Below, one piece after another: positions 12,796-24,359 of a DNA stretch of 64,000 bases. Below the pieces are notes generated by a model. It did not search any database. It was given only the letters and a program-made list of their open reading frames with translations, and was not told where the DNA came from. The DNA comes from Fistulifera solaris. Lineage: Eukaryota. The DNA is taken from NCBI GenBank assembly GCA_030295235.1, contig AP026148.1, forward strand, positions 682,001-746,000, written 5' to 3'. The position numbers and the translations under genes were made by a program. The stretch's first letter is position 1, and each line of letters begins with the position of its first letter.

Positions 12796-13329
12796 GTGTG
12801 TGGGTGTCAGTCAAACGACTTCTTCGCTTTTCACGACAATCGACGCTGTTTTTTGCATCTAACAATTGTAAGGCCCTCTACCACTGAATCGGGAAGACAC
12901 GGAAAGAGATAAGTGGAATGTGTCAGAGACTTTTCGTTATCAACAGCAACAAATAAAACTGCAACTAAACCGGAAAATACACTGCAGCCAGAAATTAGGC
13001 GACCTTCTTGAAGCTTGAAATTTTGCATAAAGAGTGTAGATGCTACAATTTGGACCATAGTCCAGCGAAGTTGACGCCATCCGATTTGAACGAGTCGCGG
13101 ATAAAGCGCGGTGCGACAACTCAAACTGTTGCAATTATTGTTGACTTTCAAAATAACTAGACTGTTTTCTATTATTATTCGACAAGCAACCAACCGTACG
13201 TTGTTTGCCGTACATTACTAAAAATGGGTCAAGGCGGCACATCGTGCCTGAAATGAAATCTTCCAGGGCGGGAAGTGGATTTGCGTCCGAAAGACGCAGT
13301 GGGACATTTTATTCGAAACAAAACAGCGT

Positions 13330-15843
13330 CTACCAACCGTCGTTTCCTCGCTGACTGTCGTAACGACCGCGAAAGCTACTATTGCGTCCACTATCTCGGC
13401 TGCTGCTGCCACCACGTCCATCGTCTCTGCTTATTGTGTAAGCGCCATCACGACCACGTGCCTTTGGCTTGAAATCACGACCCGAAGATGGGAAATCACC
13501 GCGTCCTCGAGGACGTCCAGCGGATCCTCCGCGTCCGGCATTGTAGGGACCGCGGCTACTGGTGCTGCTACGGGCAAAGCGGCCGCCGCCACCGCCGCCT
13601 CCTCTGCCGGGGCTACTGTAGACACGCCCAAAGTTATTACCACGTTCCACTTCCATTTCTTTCAAGATAGAAAATGTGTTTCCGCCCGCGTCGACGTCTT
13701 TGCTAAATTCGACCAATTTCTTGGCATCCTCCAAACTCATGTCGAAAATGGCGGTCTTATCGTCGCGGGCAAGGATCTTGCCAATATCATTCTCAAAAGT
13801 AAGATCGGCACTCTCGCGACTCAATCGAGCCAACTTACTGACGGTGAACAATACATCATTCGGGGCAACCGAGCGGCGCTCGTTCATCATTTGAACCGTC
13901 ACCATACCAACTTCACCGGTCAACAACGAGCGGCTTTCGACTTGGGTGGCCCGACGTGAAATGGCGGCCAAACACCGTGCCACCACTTTGACTGGATCTT
14001 CGTCTTCATCGGCGAGCAGAGCAGCTGCCGATTCTTCAAAGTGTGTCGACACTTCTTCGGGAATACCCTGACAGGCCAAAGCAGACGTCTTGGCGGCAGC
14101 ATTCAAGGCCGCTTCGATCGAAGGTGGGCCCGTCAGCTGGAATCGAAAGTTGTGACCCAGATCTCGCTCAATACGGACAATATCACGCGACTGTTGGGGA
14201 TTGAACATGAGAACACTGACACCCTTGTTTCCAGCGCGACCGGTACGTCCCGAGCGGTGCACATATGTGTCGACATCGCGAGGAGGATCCATTTGTACAA
14301 CCAAGTCGACATCTTGAATATCAATCCCACGTGCCGCTACATCTGTCGCGACCAACACATTAAATGCACCAGCGCGAAAGGCATTTAGTGTGGCATCTCG
14401 TTGTTTTCTGGCTGACATCACCGTGCAATGCCTGTGCTGTCAAACTTTTAAAGACTCCACCCGACACAAGCTCGTCGGCCATTTTCTTGGTTTCGCAAAA
14501 GACAATAGTCTTTCCGAAAATCTTTGTTGCAAATGTTGCTTTTTGGCCTTTTTGGCAGCAGCAGCCACCGGGTTGTGAAATTCGTTCTCACTTTCGTCAG
14601 TGGCGCTTTCACTGTCTCCACCAGCATCTTTGGATATTTCGACGGCAATAATATCTTCCAAAATAGCCTTCTTCGCCGACACACCGGGTGGTACTTGAAC
14701 GGCCAAGTGTCGAACGGTGGACGCGACACGAGCGTCTTGATTTCCCGTCGCGTCAATTTCCAACACGTTGCGTTGATATCTGCGGCCAATTTCGTTGACC
14801 CATTTGGGTGTAGTCGCGGAAAACAAAAGGCACTGTGTCTTGTCTTTGTTGGATTTTCCAGCACCTTCTAAAATGACTTCGACGTCTTCGGCGAAACCCA
14901 TATTCAACATTTCGTCAGCTTCATCCAAAACTACAATTTGCAATTCATTTAAACTCAGCGTCCCACGATCCAAATGATCCATCACACGACCGGGAGTACC
15001 CACCACAATATCCAATCCTTGTGACAATGCCCGAGACTGTGGATCATACGAGACACCCCCGTGAAAGACATCCACATACAATCCCAACGGTTCCGCCACG
15101 GCCGCCAATTCATCCTTGACTTGCCGGGCCAATTCACGCGTCGGGCACAAAACCAACATTCCCGGCAACCGTCCCCGGGGCAAACGCCCATTCGCTTCCC
15201 GTCGATTCGCCAACAACTTGTTGAGACGAGCAATGGAAGGCAAACCAAACGCCAATGTCTTGCCCGTCCCGGTGCGACTGCGACCGATGACATCCCGACC
15301 GGCCAGGACCGGATCAAAGGCTTCACCTTGGACTTTGGTAAAATGCGTAATGCCCCGTGAATTGAGGACATCGAGGACACGTGAATCCAAACCAGCTTGA
15401 ATCCAACGAGGATTGGTGGTGCGAAGAAAGTTGGGGTCGGTAAAGTCCTGCGTTGAAAAAAGGAGGAAAATAAAAGTAAGTGAGTGAGGGAAACTGTTGC
15501 TGCAATTGAATCACATCAACAACAACATCCATTGCTGTTTGTTTGCTTCATACAACTCCACTCCTGTACGTACTTCTTCTGTAGCAACTAAGTCGGTCCG
15601 CATCGGTTTCGATCCCTGAATGTGTGCGGGTTCGACACTTCCAAGAATTTCATCAATGGCGGAATCAAGGTCTTCATCGTACACGGTCGCTTTCGTACTG
15701 AACGCGAAGGAACGCAATTGCTGCGCTTGTGGTAACTGACGAATGGTAGTTGTGCTAAAGGCACGAACGGCATGACGCCGCAAGTGAGTTGAAACCAGCC
15801 ACAACATGACAAAGAAGAATCGAGAGGATACAGTCGTCAGCAT
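13330..15843 (-). CDS. Plastid-targeted DEAD-box RNA helicase (RH3/DDX21-like); intron 15448-15573; frameshifts near 14540 and 14405
   Basis: TGTGKT, PTRELA, DEAD, SAT, ARGID and HRSGRTGRAG, with an RGG tail. Bipartite presequence VRA|F. Confidence 0.92.
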
Positions 15844-16169
15844 AGAAAAGAATTTCAGCTCGTGAAAATCAACGTTGGTGTGAATGTGCTTTATCTAAAT
15901 CGGAAAGCAAAGGATTCGTTTTGTCTTTGAATCTTTATATTCGTTAAAGATAGAAAGAAAGATGCCGAGAGATCGTTGTAGCAACACCAGTTGATCGAAA
16001 TGTTCTGCGCCAGCAACAAAGGAAAAGACACGCAACAATAAAAAAAAAAGAAGTGATGGGTGGTGGCGGTGAAAGAAAAAAAAACAACGCAGAAAAAAAG
16101 CAGCGATGCGTGGAACGATGGCGTGGTGGACGGAAGAAGGAAGGACGGCAAACATCACTGTTTTGAGGA

Positions 16170-16212
16170 GTACGGTACCGGTACCTGGTACAGGTACCAG
16201 GTACGGTACCTG
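16170..16212. repeat. Low-complexity GGTACC/GTAC repeat tract
   Basis: gtacggtaccggtacctggtacaggtaccaggtacggtacctg. Similar tracts near 4973, 36843 and 46549. Confidence 0.8.
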
Positions 16213-16252
16213 GAATACTTTGTAGCCCAAAGTGTTGGTTTAGAGAAACCAC

Positions 16253-16273
16253 GACTGGATTTCAGTCATGAGT
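16253..16273 (+). promoter_or_regulatory. Recurrent 21-bp intergenic motif (consensus copy)
   Basis: GACTGGATTTCAGTCATGAGT, upstream of the DEAD-box helicase gene. Confidence 0.55.
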
Positions 16274-16445
16274 TACACTATTGAGAGGATTGTATCGCAA
16301 AGAAGAACAGCAAGGAAGAACAGGCGAATGAAAATGCATTCTGTTTGATGTGTCTATGCGGGTCTGTAGGCATTTTGAGGTAGACGGAAATCTATTGTGG
16401 GACATGGAATAAAATATTTCCATATGAAAACCCAAAATGGTTGTC

Positions 16446-16988
16446 CAGATCTTCTGGACGCGCAAAAACACATTATACAGAAGATCCGTCAGAAGCCCCG
16501 ATACATGCTTTTCCAGATTTTCTGGACAGGCAAAATTTTATCCAGATTTTCTGGACATGCAAAACCACATCATACAGAACTTCCGTCTGATGGCCCAAAT
16601 CCATCTCCAGATTTTCTGATTTTCTGGATACGCAAAACCACGTCATACAAAATTTCCGTCTGTTGGCCCAAATGTTTATTTAGATTTTCTGGATACGCAA
16701 AACCACGTCATACAAAATTTCCGTCGGTTGACCCAAATCCCAAATCCCAAAAAATGTTTGTCCCGATTTTCTGGAGACGCAAAACCACGTGATACAAAAT
16801 TTCCGTCTGTTGACCCAAATGTTTGTCCCGATTTTCTGGATACGCAAAACCCCAAATGCCCTACAAAATTTCCGATTGATGACCCCAAATTGGAGACGGA
16901 AAACTACGAGATACAGAATTTCCTAGCGTTGACCGCAAATGCATCTCCGGATTTTCTGGATACGCAAAAATACTCATTACAAAATTTT
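16446..16988. repeat. Degenerate tandem minisatellite, about 9 full or partial units of about 60-65 bp
   Basis: Unit approximates GATTTTCTGGATACGCAAAACCACGTCATACAAAATTTCCGTCTGTTGACCCAAATGTTTGTCCC. The best-preserved units start near 16618, 16683 and 16765. Confidence 0.9.
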
Positions 16989-17128
16989 TTTTTCGTGTCT
17001 CTCGGCTCTGCGAGCAGCATTTGTAAAAAATGAAAATGCGCAAATGCTATAATACGCGAACATAATGACACCAAAAAACAAAAACAAATAATAATCAAGA
17101 GTCAAGCATATACAAATTTGTCTAATCG

Positions 17129-19148
17129 TTATGGCTGCTGTGCTTCAATATCTTCCTCGTCGGACGACAAAAGCGCACTCTCCTCATCGTCAACATCATA
17201 ATTGACGACAACGTGATCAAAGCCGTTCTCCAATGTCTAGCTCCACAAACGATCCATTTGATCTTAATCAATTTCACCTACTTGATGAGTTTTTTCGGCC
17301 CTCCATAGTATTCAACAAACAACCAAAATGACACGGCACAATGTGATGTTCGGGCCTGCTCATGGCAACATCATAGGAGCCTTGCAAAAGAGATTGTTGT
17401 GACCGGTCTGGAGTAACCCCACGAATGTATTGTACATCTTTCTGCAACAAAGCACGAACGGGAATGGCAGGGACCGTGTAATCCAGCAGGAAGCGGGTGC
17501 GAATAATCTTTTTCATTTGCAAAGCCTTGGCGTACGTGGCATTCGACAAAATCTTGCCAGCCAACACTATCTTGTAGTCTATGATTTCACTCAAATCGGT
17601 CGAGTGCGAAATGTTGGGATGCTGTAAAACACTATTACGAGAAAAGATACGAATCTTCAAGGTCGGAAAATCACGGACGAGTTTCTCGCAAACCGCGGTA
17701 CCGATCTTGCCGCCGGCTTCAATGTAGTAAAACTCTTGCAAATGCGGAATGGACGCGATCTGATGGTACACGGATGCGGCCGTCATGGTATCGCCGGTCC
17801 AAATTCGAATGTTTTTGTCTTTCAGATACGCGTTTTGCTCAATCAACTGAACCATAGCAACGCCTCCGTCATTGAGCAGTTTCATCTTGTTAAGATTGCC
17901 CAAACCGAAGTATCGCATGCCGTTTTCACGGTGTTCCTTGCGCATGCTTTCGAGCATGTTTTGATTTAAGTCGTCGTACCGCTTCGGTGTCATGTAATCG
18001 ATGGGTTTACGGAGAAGGCAGATCATCCGTCCAATGTGCTTTCTGGCAATGCAGTAGCGCGGACCGTAGTAAAAGTCACAGAACAGACGGATCATGATGT
18101 GACAAATGACGTGGATGGTATAGAACTCAACGCGCAAAGGGAAGTAGCGCCGGTAAGGACTGTACGCTTGGAACAAGTTGACTTCGGGGATGGTCATAAA
18201 ATTACCCAAGCCACCATTGTGTGCAATGAAAACAAGATCTTGCTGTTTGGCGGGCAACATGGGCGGTGATTTCTTCTCGTAAGCACGCTCCGTTCCGAAC
18301 AGGTAGTCCCAAAACGGCATGAAAACCGAATAGTTGCAATCGAGAAAGACTTGATGGCCTGTGTGGAAGGCCAGTGTGTACAATAAATACTTGAGCGGCG
18401 AGTACTGGTGCGTGAAGAGGGCGTTTCGCACAAGCACGCTCGAATTGCCCCACGCATGCAATGCATCGTAAGTGATGACATAGAGTGCAATGGCGACCCA
18501 GTGTTGACAACCCTGCCATAGAAACGGTGCAAAGAAGACGGAACTTAACGTGACGGCGTAAATGAAATGTTCGAACAAGCTGTGGACCGTAGATGTGGTC
18601 GGCAAGGTTTGAACCGAGAGATGATGCAAGCCGTGCATCGCTTTCATCAAGAAAGACGTGTGCAAAAGTCGATGCGCAACGTAGTAAAGGGGCTCGTCAA
18701 AGATGACATGAGCCGCAAAGACTTCCCAAAGGCACGACGAAATATCGGTTGCATCGGCAAAGAACAGAGACGGCAAAGCAATCTGGAGACCGACTTGGGG
18801 GTACATGTGGAGGATGTAGATCGTCATGTACTCGTGCTTTTCGCGTTTCAACTGGTCTTGCTTCAACTTGTCGACGTAGTTCTCCATGTCCACGAACAGA
18901 TAATACAAGGACAACACCACTCGCATGAAGACGATACGAGCAATGGCGATCGCGTAAATGTTCCAGACGGGAGTGAGCTTGAAAAAGGGAGCGGGGCCGA
19001 CGAATAGACGCCAATCGTAGCGTGTGTTGCGTTGCCAAAACGCCGATGCAGTATGAGTTCGTTTCTCCTTTGTGACTTCCATCGAAGATGCGTTCGACGA
19101 CGAGGAAGTCGACGACGCTTCTTCCTTGATTTTGGGACGGAGACTCAT
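17129..19148 (-). pseudogene. CER1/CER3 (WAX2)-like fatty-acid hydroxylase-superfamily hydrocarbon-forming enzyme, disabled
   Basis: His boxes HRLLH, HGLHH and altered HTGHQ; NYSVFMPFWDYLFGT; GLGNLNKMKLLNDGG; WTGDTMTAA; PCHFGC. The C-terminus has frameshifts and two in-frame stops (GEID*DQMDRLWS*TLENGF). Confidence 0.8.
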
Positions 19149-20003
19149 GTTGTATCGTTCACTTCTTTTGAGATTTGAGAATTGGCGAACGCAGAATGAG
19201 TGATCGACGAAAACTGAGAGATTGCCGGTACAAACGTGAGACGTGGCCGACATTAGTCACTAACATCCTTCATGAAAAGAGATTATCGTCACAGTTCACT
19301 CTTGGGACGGCTTAGTTATAAGGTGTACACGCCTTAGCCGCTTGTGTTGAAAAAGTAGCTCTCTAGAGGGCGCGACTTAATACATTCTGGACACGGCGTT
19401 AAAACGATAATCCCAGCTTCCACCGGTGCGTTTTGGGACTAGAATGCATGAAACAATCGAACATACACCTTCTTTCGAGCCCTGGGAACTAATACATACA
19501 AGTAATATACAGTACCAGGTAGCGTCGAGCGGCGCGAAGGTGCAGGAATTTTCGATGTGTACAACAGGGATTTTCCTTACATATCTGGGTACCGCTAAAC
19601 CAAACACGAAGACAAAGAAACGTATACTGCGACAGTGTCGCTGTACTAAAAAGTACAGTGGTGAATGACGTTATGACGTCAGAAAGATACCCCTAGTCCT
19701 GAGCAGGATGCCACTTGGAATTTCGGCAAATAATGAAGAATGAAAAGTGGAAAATTCAGTCGAATGTCAAGATTAGATTCTGACGATTAAAAAATTAGGA
19801 ATAAAATGTTTAACTTCAGAATGAAAGGAAATAATTCAACGAAACAGAAAACGTATCCGATATTTTGGAATGAACGTGTAGATTTGGGACCAAATATCAC
19901 AGATTACAAGTGTGGAATGTCTTCGACGTTTTCCTATTCGATCTCGTTTGACACTCATCAACTTTTTGAACTATCTTGTCGAGCGAAAACGAAAGAACGT
20001 AAG

Positions 20004-21940
20004 ATGAATGCATTGGCTTTATTATTGCTCCTGTTTTGTTGGTACGAAGGAGCACAACCAACGCCGGATGATGCTTCGAGATGCGCCAATGGAGAAAATC
20101 GAACGGCCGACAACACGTACGACTACATTGTGGTGGGCGCTGGTGCCAGTGGTGGCTTGGTCGCCTCTCGTTTGGCCCGAGCCGGATATCGCACGCTTTT
20201 GCTGGATGCCGGTCCTCGGTTTCGTGATGAACCGAGCGTTACAGTACCGTTGTTGTGGCCCTTGTCGACGGAAGACCGCGACATTGAATGGCGGTTTCGC
20301 AGCTCGAACTCGGCGCTCGATCCGGGTCGTGACGCCGTCCTTTATCCCCGCGCATCCACCATCGGCGGCAGTGCCTTGCACAACGCCATGTTGGCCATGT
20401 ATCCGTTTCCCGACTGTTTCAGCAACTTACAACAACTTACGGGAGACGATGAATTCGCCGAAAGCAAGATGAGAGCGCGCTTTCAACGCATCGAGAAGTG
20501 TGAATACATTCAATCAAACAACAAGCTGTTGAAGAAAGGGCACGGTTTCCAAGGGTTCATGAGCACAAGTTTGGCGGATTTGGGACTGGCGGTGAAACCT
20601 GGTTTTCTCGATCCCCAACTTGTGGCCGTCGTCAATCGATTTCTCTTGACCGCTATTCCGCAGAATCCGATTGCTCGTTTCTTCCAAAGCCTAAAGAAAT
20701 TTCCCAAGAATCTGCCGCTCATTTTTGATATTAATGCTCCGGGTGCCAATCTCCGCGAAGGAGCTCACTTGACACCCAGTTCCATCAGTCCAGCCAAGGG
20801 TAGCGTCCGATCCAGTGTCGCCGATCTCATTTACGAAACCGAGCAGTCGACGTCGACCTTGACTGTCAAGGACAATTCGTTTGTCACCCAAATATTGTTT
20901 GATACCACTACCGGCGATACTCCCATTGCATACGGCGTCCAAGTGCAAGAAGGGACGGCGTTGTACAGTATCGCTACCGGCCCACGAACGGTGGGAGACG
21001 AAACAATGTACTTTGCCAACAAAGAAGTCATTCTCGCCGGCGGGACGTTCAATACACCCCAGATACTCATGTTGAGCGGTGTTGGTCCCTCACAGCATCT
21101 CGTTGAACACAACATTCCCATGTTGGTTGATTTGCCCGGTGTTGGTGAGAATCTTCATGACAAGTTAGAAGCGACCATGAATTGGCAAATGCCTCGTACA
21201 TGGAAACTATTTCAACAGGGATGCACTTTTTGAAACCTACACCGGAAGATGATCCTTGCTTTGTTCGATTTCAGAATGGTGAATTTCCCAGTCTATATTC
21301 TTCGTCGGGGACATTGATAGCGATTCAACGCAAATCCGATCCGTCATTGCCGTACCCGGACATGTACGTGCAGATTGTGGTCAACAAGTTTCAAGGATAC
21401 CAGGACGGGTGGGTCAATCTGACATTCTACGATGGCGAAGAGGATACGCTATCGATCCATACCATGAATACACGGTCGGGACCGGGCAAAGGAACTGTTC
21501 GACTCGCATCATCGAGTCCTTTCGATTCGGTAAAAATTGATTTCAATGGATACGACGATATCGATTTGGAAAAGACGACTCGTGTCTTCGAAGACATGCG
21601 TAAAGCATTCCGTCGGTTGCAACGGCTGGGTGTCGTCGGCGAAGAAATTGCTCCAGGATACGATGTCAAGTCGTTTGATGATGTGAAGGCGTGGGTCCGA
21701 GCGAATGGATGGGGTCATCATCCAATGGGGACCGCTAAAATTGGAAGTGGCGACGATGTCATGGCGGTGGTGGACGGGCAACTTCGTGTCCGTGGCGTCC
21801 AGCGGCTGCGCGTCGTCGATGCGAGCGTGTTTCCCGATCAAGCGGGCTTTTATCCGATGGTTCCTGTGTACATGATGGCTGAGAAAGTGGCAGATGATAT
21901 TCTTCGTGATGCCGACTCAACAACATCGCAGTGCGGCTAA
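20004..21940 (+). CDS. Secreted GMC (glucose-methanol-choline) oxidoreductase; frameshift near 21230
   Basis: Signal peptide, YDYIVVGAGASG, YPRASTIGGSALHNAM, GGTFNTPQILMLSGVG, WGHHPMGT and LRVVDASVFP. One extra T restores CTFLKP. Confidence 0.9.
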
Positions 21941-22403
21941 GCTTGACTTTGATGCAAAGAAGCGATACATATCAAAAGTCAACATCTTCTACACGGATGC
22001 TTTTGTCGACTTTTTGTTCAACTTCTTGAATAAAAACGAGGAAATGCGTAACTGCGTCTGCAATGTTTACAAAGGAAGCAAGTGCTCGGGTAGTTTGGAC
22101 AAGTCAGGCAATGGCATGGGGCAATTGAGCGATCTGGAATTGACAAGCAATAACGGACGAATCATCGACAGAAATTCATTCGGATGCAGGATGCTGCATG
22201 CCATATCGGCCGAGCCTAGCGACCAACATTGTTTTTACATTTCCTTTGAGCCCGTGGCAGACTAGAATGGAAAGATCAAATGCCAGACAGAGGGAGACTT
22301 AACTGCTTCTGACTTGTTTAATCCTTCCGATTTCGATGCATTGGATGCCTACATCGTTGAAAGAGGCTTGGATCCTGCGAATGGTTACAAATTGTCCGGT
22401 TAG
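21936..22403 (+). pseudogene. 5'-truncated degenerate copy of the Cys-rich secreted protein at 23083-23968
   Basis: KRYISKVNIFYTD..CNVYKGSKC..DRNSFGCRMLHA..HCFYISFEPVAD*NGKIKCQTEG aligns by eye with the downstream paralog. In-frame TAG at 22263. Confidence 0.8.
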
Positions 22404-23082
22404 TACGAGAGATACTTTGCGATTAGTGCGGATGCGGTCAAAAGAAATGTACTCTTGATGCAACAAGTCGATCCGTGACTTTCCGTGTGTAAACTAAAGC
22501 TACTGAAGGAGTGTTGCTTTGCTAGGGAGTACGATGCGTGATAAAGTGGTGGAAAACTGTCTCTCGATGAGTAACTCGCATCACACACAGATTTGGCTGC
22601 AGAATAGATAGGTAATCATCTAGTCAAGTTTTTTTAAAGATGCTAGAGGGACTTATGCAAACTGGCAACTAGAGTCAGCGGAACCTTTTTTCAGTAAGAG
22701 ACCTTATAAGCTCAAGTCCCCAATCCCCTATGTTCAAAATTTCCTGTTTACTATGCTCCATTTTTGACATCAGTACAAGTACCGCTTCAGTCATATCATC
22801 GCCATAGTCACAATGTCGCAATCACAAGAAGAAGGCGTGTCATACGCATGCGTCGTCAGATTTATTAGCACATTTAACTCTATTCTCTATTCTGCCTTGT
22901 CATTTACATTGCTTTGCATAGTCGTTTTGTCATAATTCCTGTTCGTCTTTCGTCTTCCGGCAATCGACAACCAAAGCAACGACAATTATTAAAAGAACAC
23001 AATGCAGCTCATTCCGTCAATCTTATTGCAACGAAACATCTCAAAGACAAGGCAATAGTGAAACATTCACATTTTGGAAAAG

Positions 23083-23968
23083 ATGAAGATCCACCTTTTC
23101 CTTCTACTCACTTATTGCAGATTCGTCGATGCAACCATCTTCCCTCTCTTTCCCCGTTTGGGTTGCTTCGCTCGTTTCGCCACCTTCCGGTTTGATATTG
23201 GAAACCAACACCAATACAGGAGATACTTTCGTGACGACAGCGCCATGTCATTGTGGCAAACGGGTCGTTACGTGGGCGCCGAAGCCATTCGAGAATATGT
23301 CGACTTTGTGACCCCTAAGAACCCCCCTGTGGTCGTCGAATGAACAGCTGGATGTGATCGTAAAGTTCGTGCAATTCGATCGAGACTCCAATCAATGCCA
23401 GTTCTTGGCCTTGTATCATTACAACTACGAGATTGATGAGTCTTTGGGAACTATTGCTACGAATTACACCGTCGCCAACATGGTCAAGTTGTTCTTTAAT
23501 GTCAAACGGCGCTAAATTCCCCGGATCCACGTGTTTTATACAGAAGATTATGTCAACTTACTGTTCGGAACGTTCTTTGGTACAGCCGAGACACGTGCGT
23601 ACATTTGCGACGTTTACGAAGGAAGCACTTGTGCCTCCCAGTTAGATCCGCCCACCGATTGTGCGGCGCAATTGAGTGCGTTGGATCAAGCAGGGACGAA
23701 TGGACGCGTCGATGGGAACTCGGTGGGTTGTCGTATCTTGCACGCCGTCTTGGCGGAATTCCGCAGCGTGCATTGTCCCCACATTTCGTTTGAGCCTTTG
23801 GCCGACTTTCAAAATCAAATCAAGTGTCAAACGGAAGGAAGCTTGACCGTGTTGGATCTATTTACGGCCGAGGATTTAGAGGCGTATGACGAATATGCCA
23901 TAGCAAGAGGTTTGGATCCTAACATGGGACATGACTGGACCGATGGCAGCGTTCGCCTCCTTGCCTAA
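23083..23968 (+). pseudogene. Cys-rich secreted protein of unknown function; frameshift near 23325 and in-frame TAA near 23513
   Basis: Signal peptide, GRYVGAEAIREY, DGNSVGCRILHA..HCPHISFEP..IKCQ. The stop falls where the paralog has Tyr (RR*IP vs KRYIS). Confidence 0.7.
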
Positions 23969-24359
23969 GCTGGAATGCCGCCAATCGAACGCTTCTACTT
24001 TTTACGAACCTATTTTGTAACTTTTGTAGCACCGCATTAAACAGTAAGCGATCTTCTTTTCTGTGATGGTTAAGGCTGCGTATGCTGGTCATGAAGGTAA
24101 TAACATCATGATAACCATCACGAACCAGGGGCCCCTAATTTTTTCTCTGCGTGTGCACAGCGTGCAGTATGCAGAACCGCTTTGAACGCTAGTACGACAC
24201 AAACACGATTTAGGAGATTCCCTCCAACAAGCGCCGAGATCTTTTGTCGTTGTGCAAGGTAGGAGAAGATCATATGTATTTACTCCGTATTGATTATTAT
24301 TCCGTCATTTCTTTTTACTTAGGAAAAACAGTATTATCTGGTTGTTGTTGTTTTAAAGC

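Noticed and set aside
16446..16988. CRISPR-like array
   Set aside because: Whole units are homologous with no unique spacers, there are no cas genes, and the context is eukaryotic.
19300..19345. Short hairpin CGGCT..AGCCG as a tRNA or ncRNA
   Set aside because: No cloverleaf, T-loop or snoRNA boxes that I can support.
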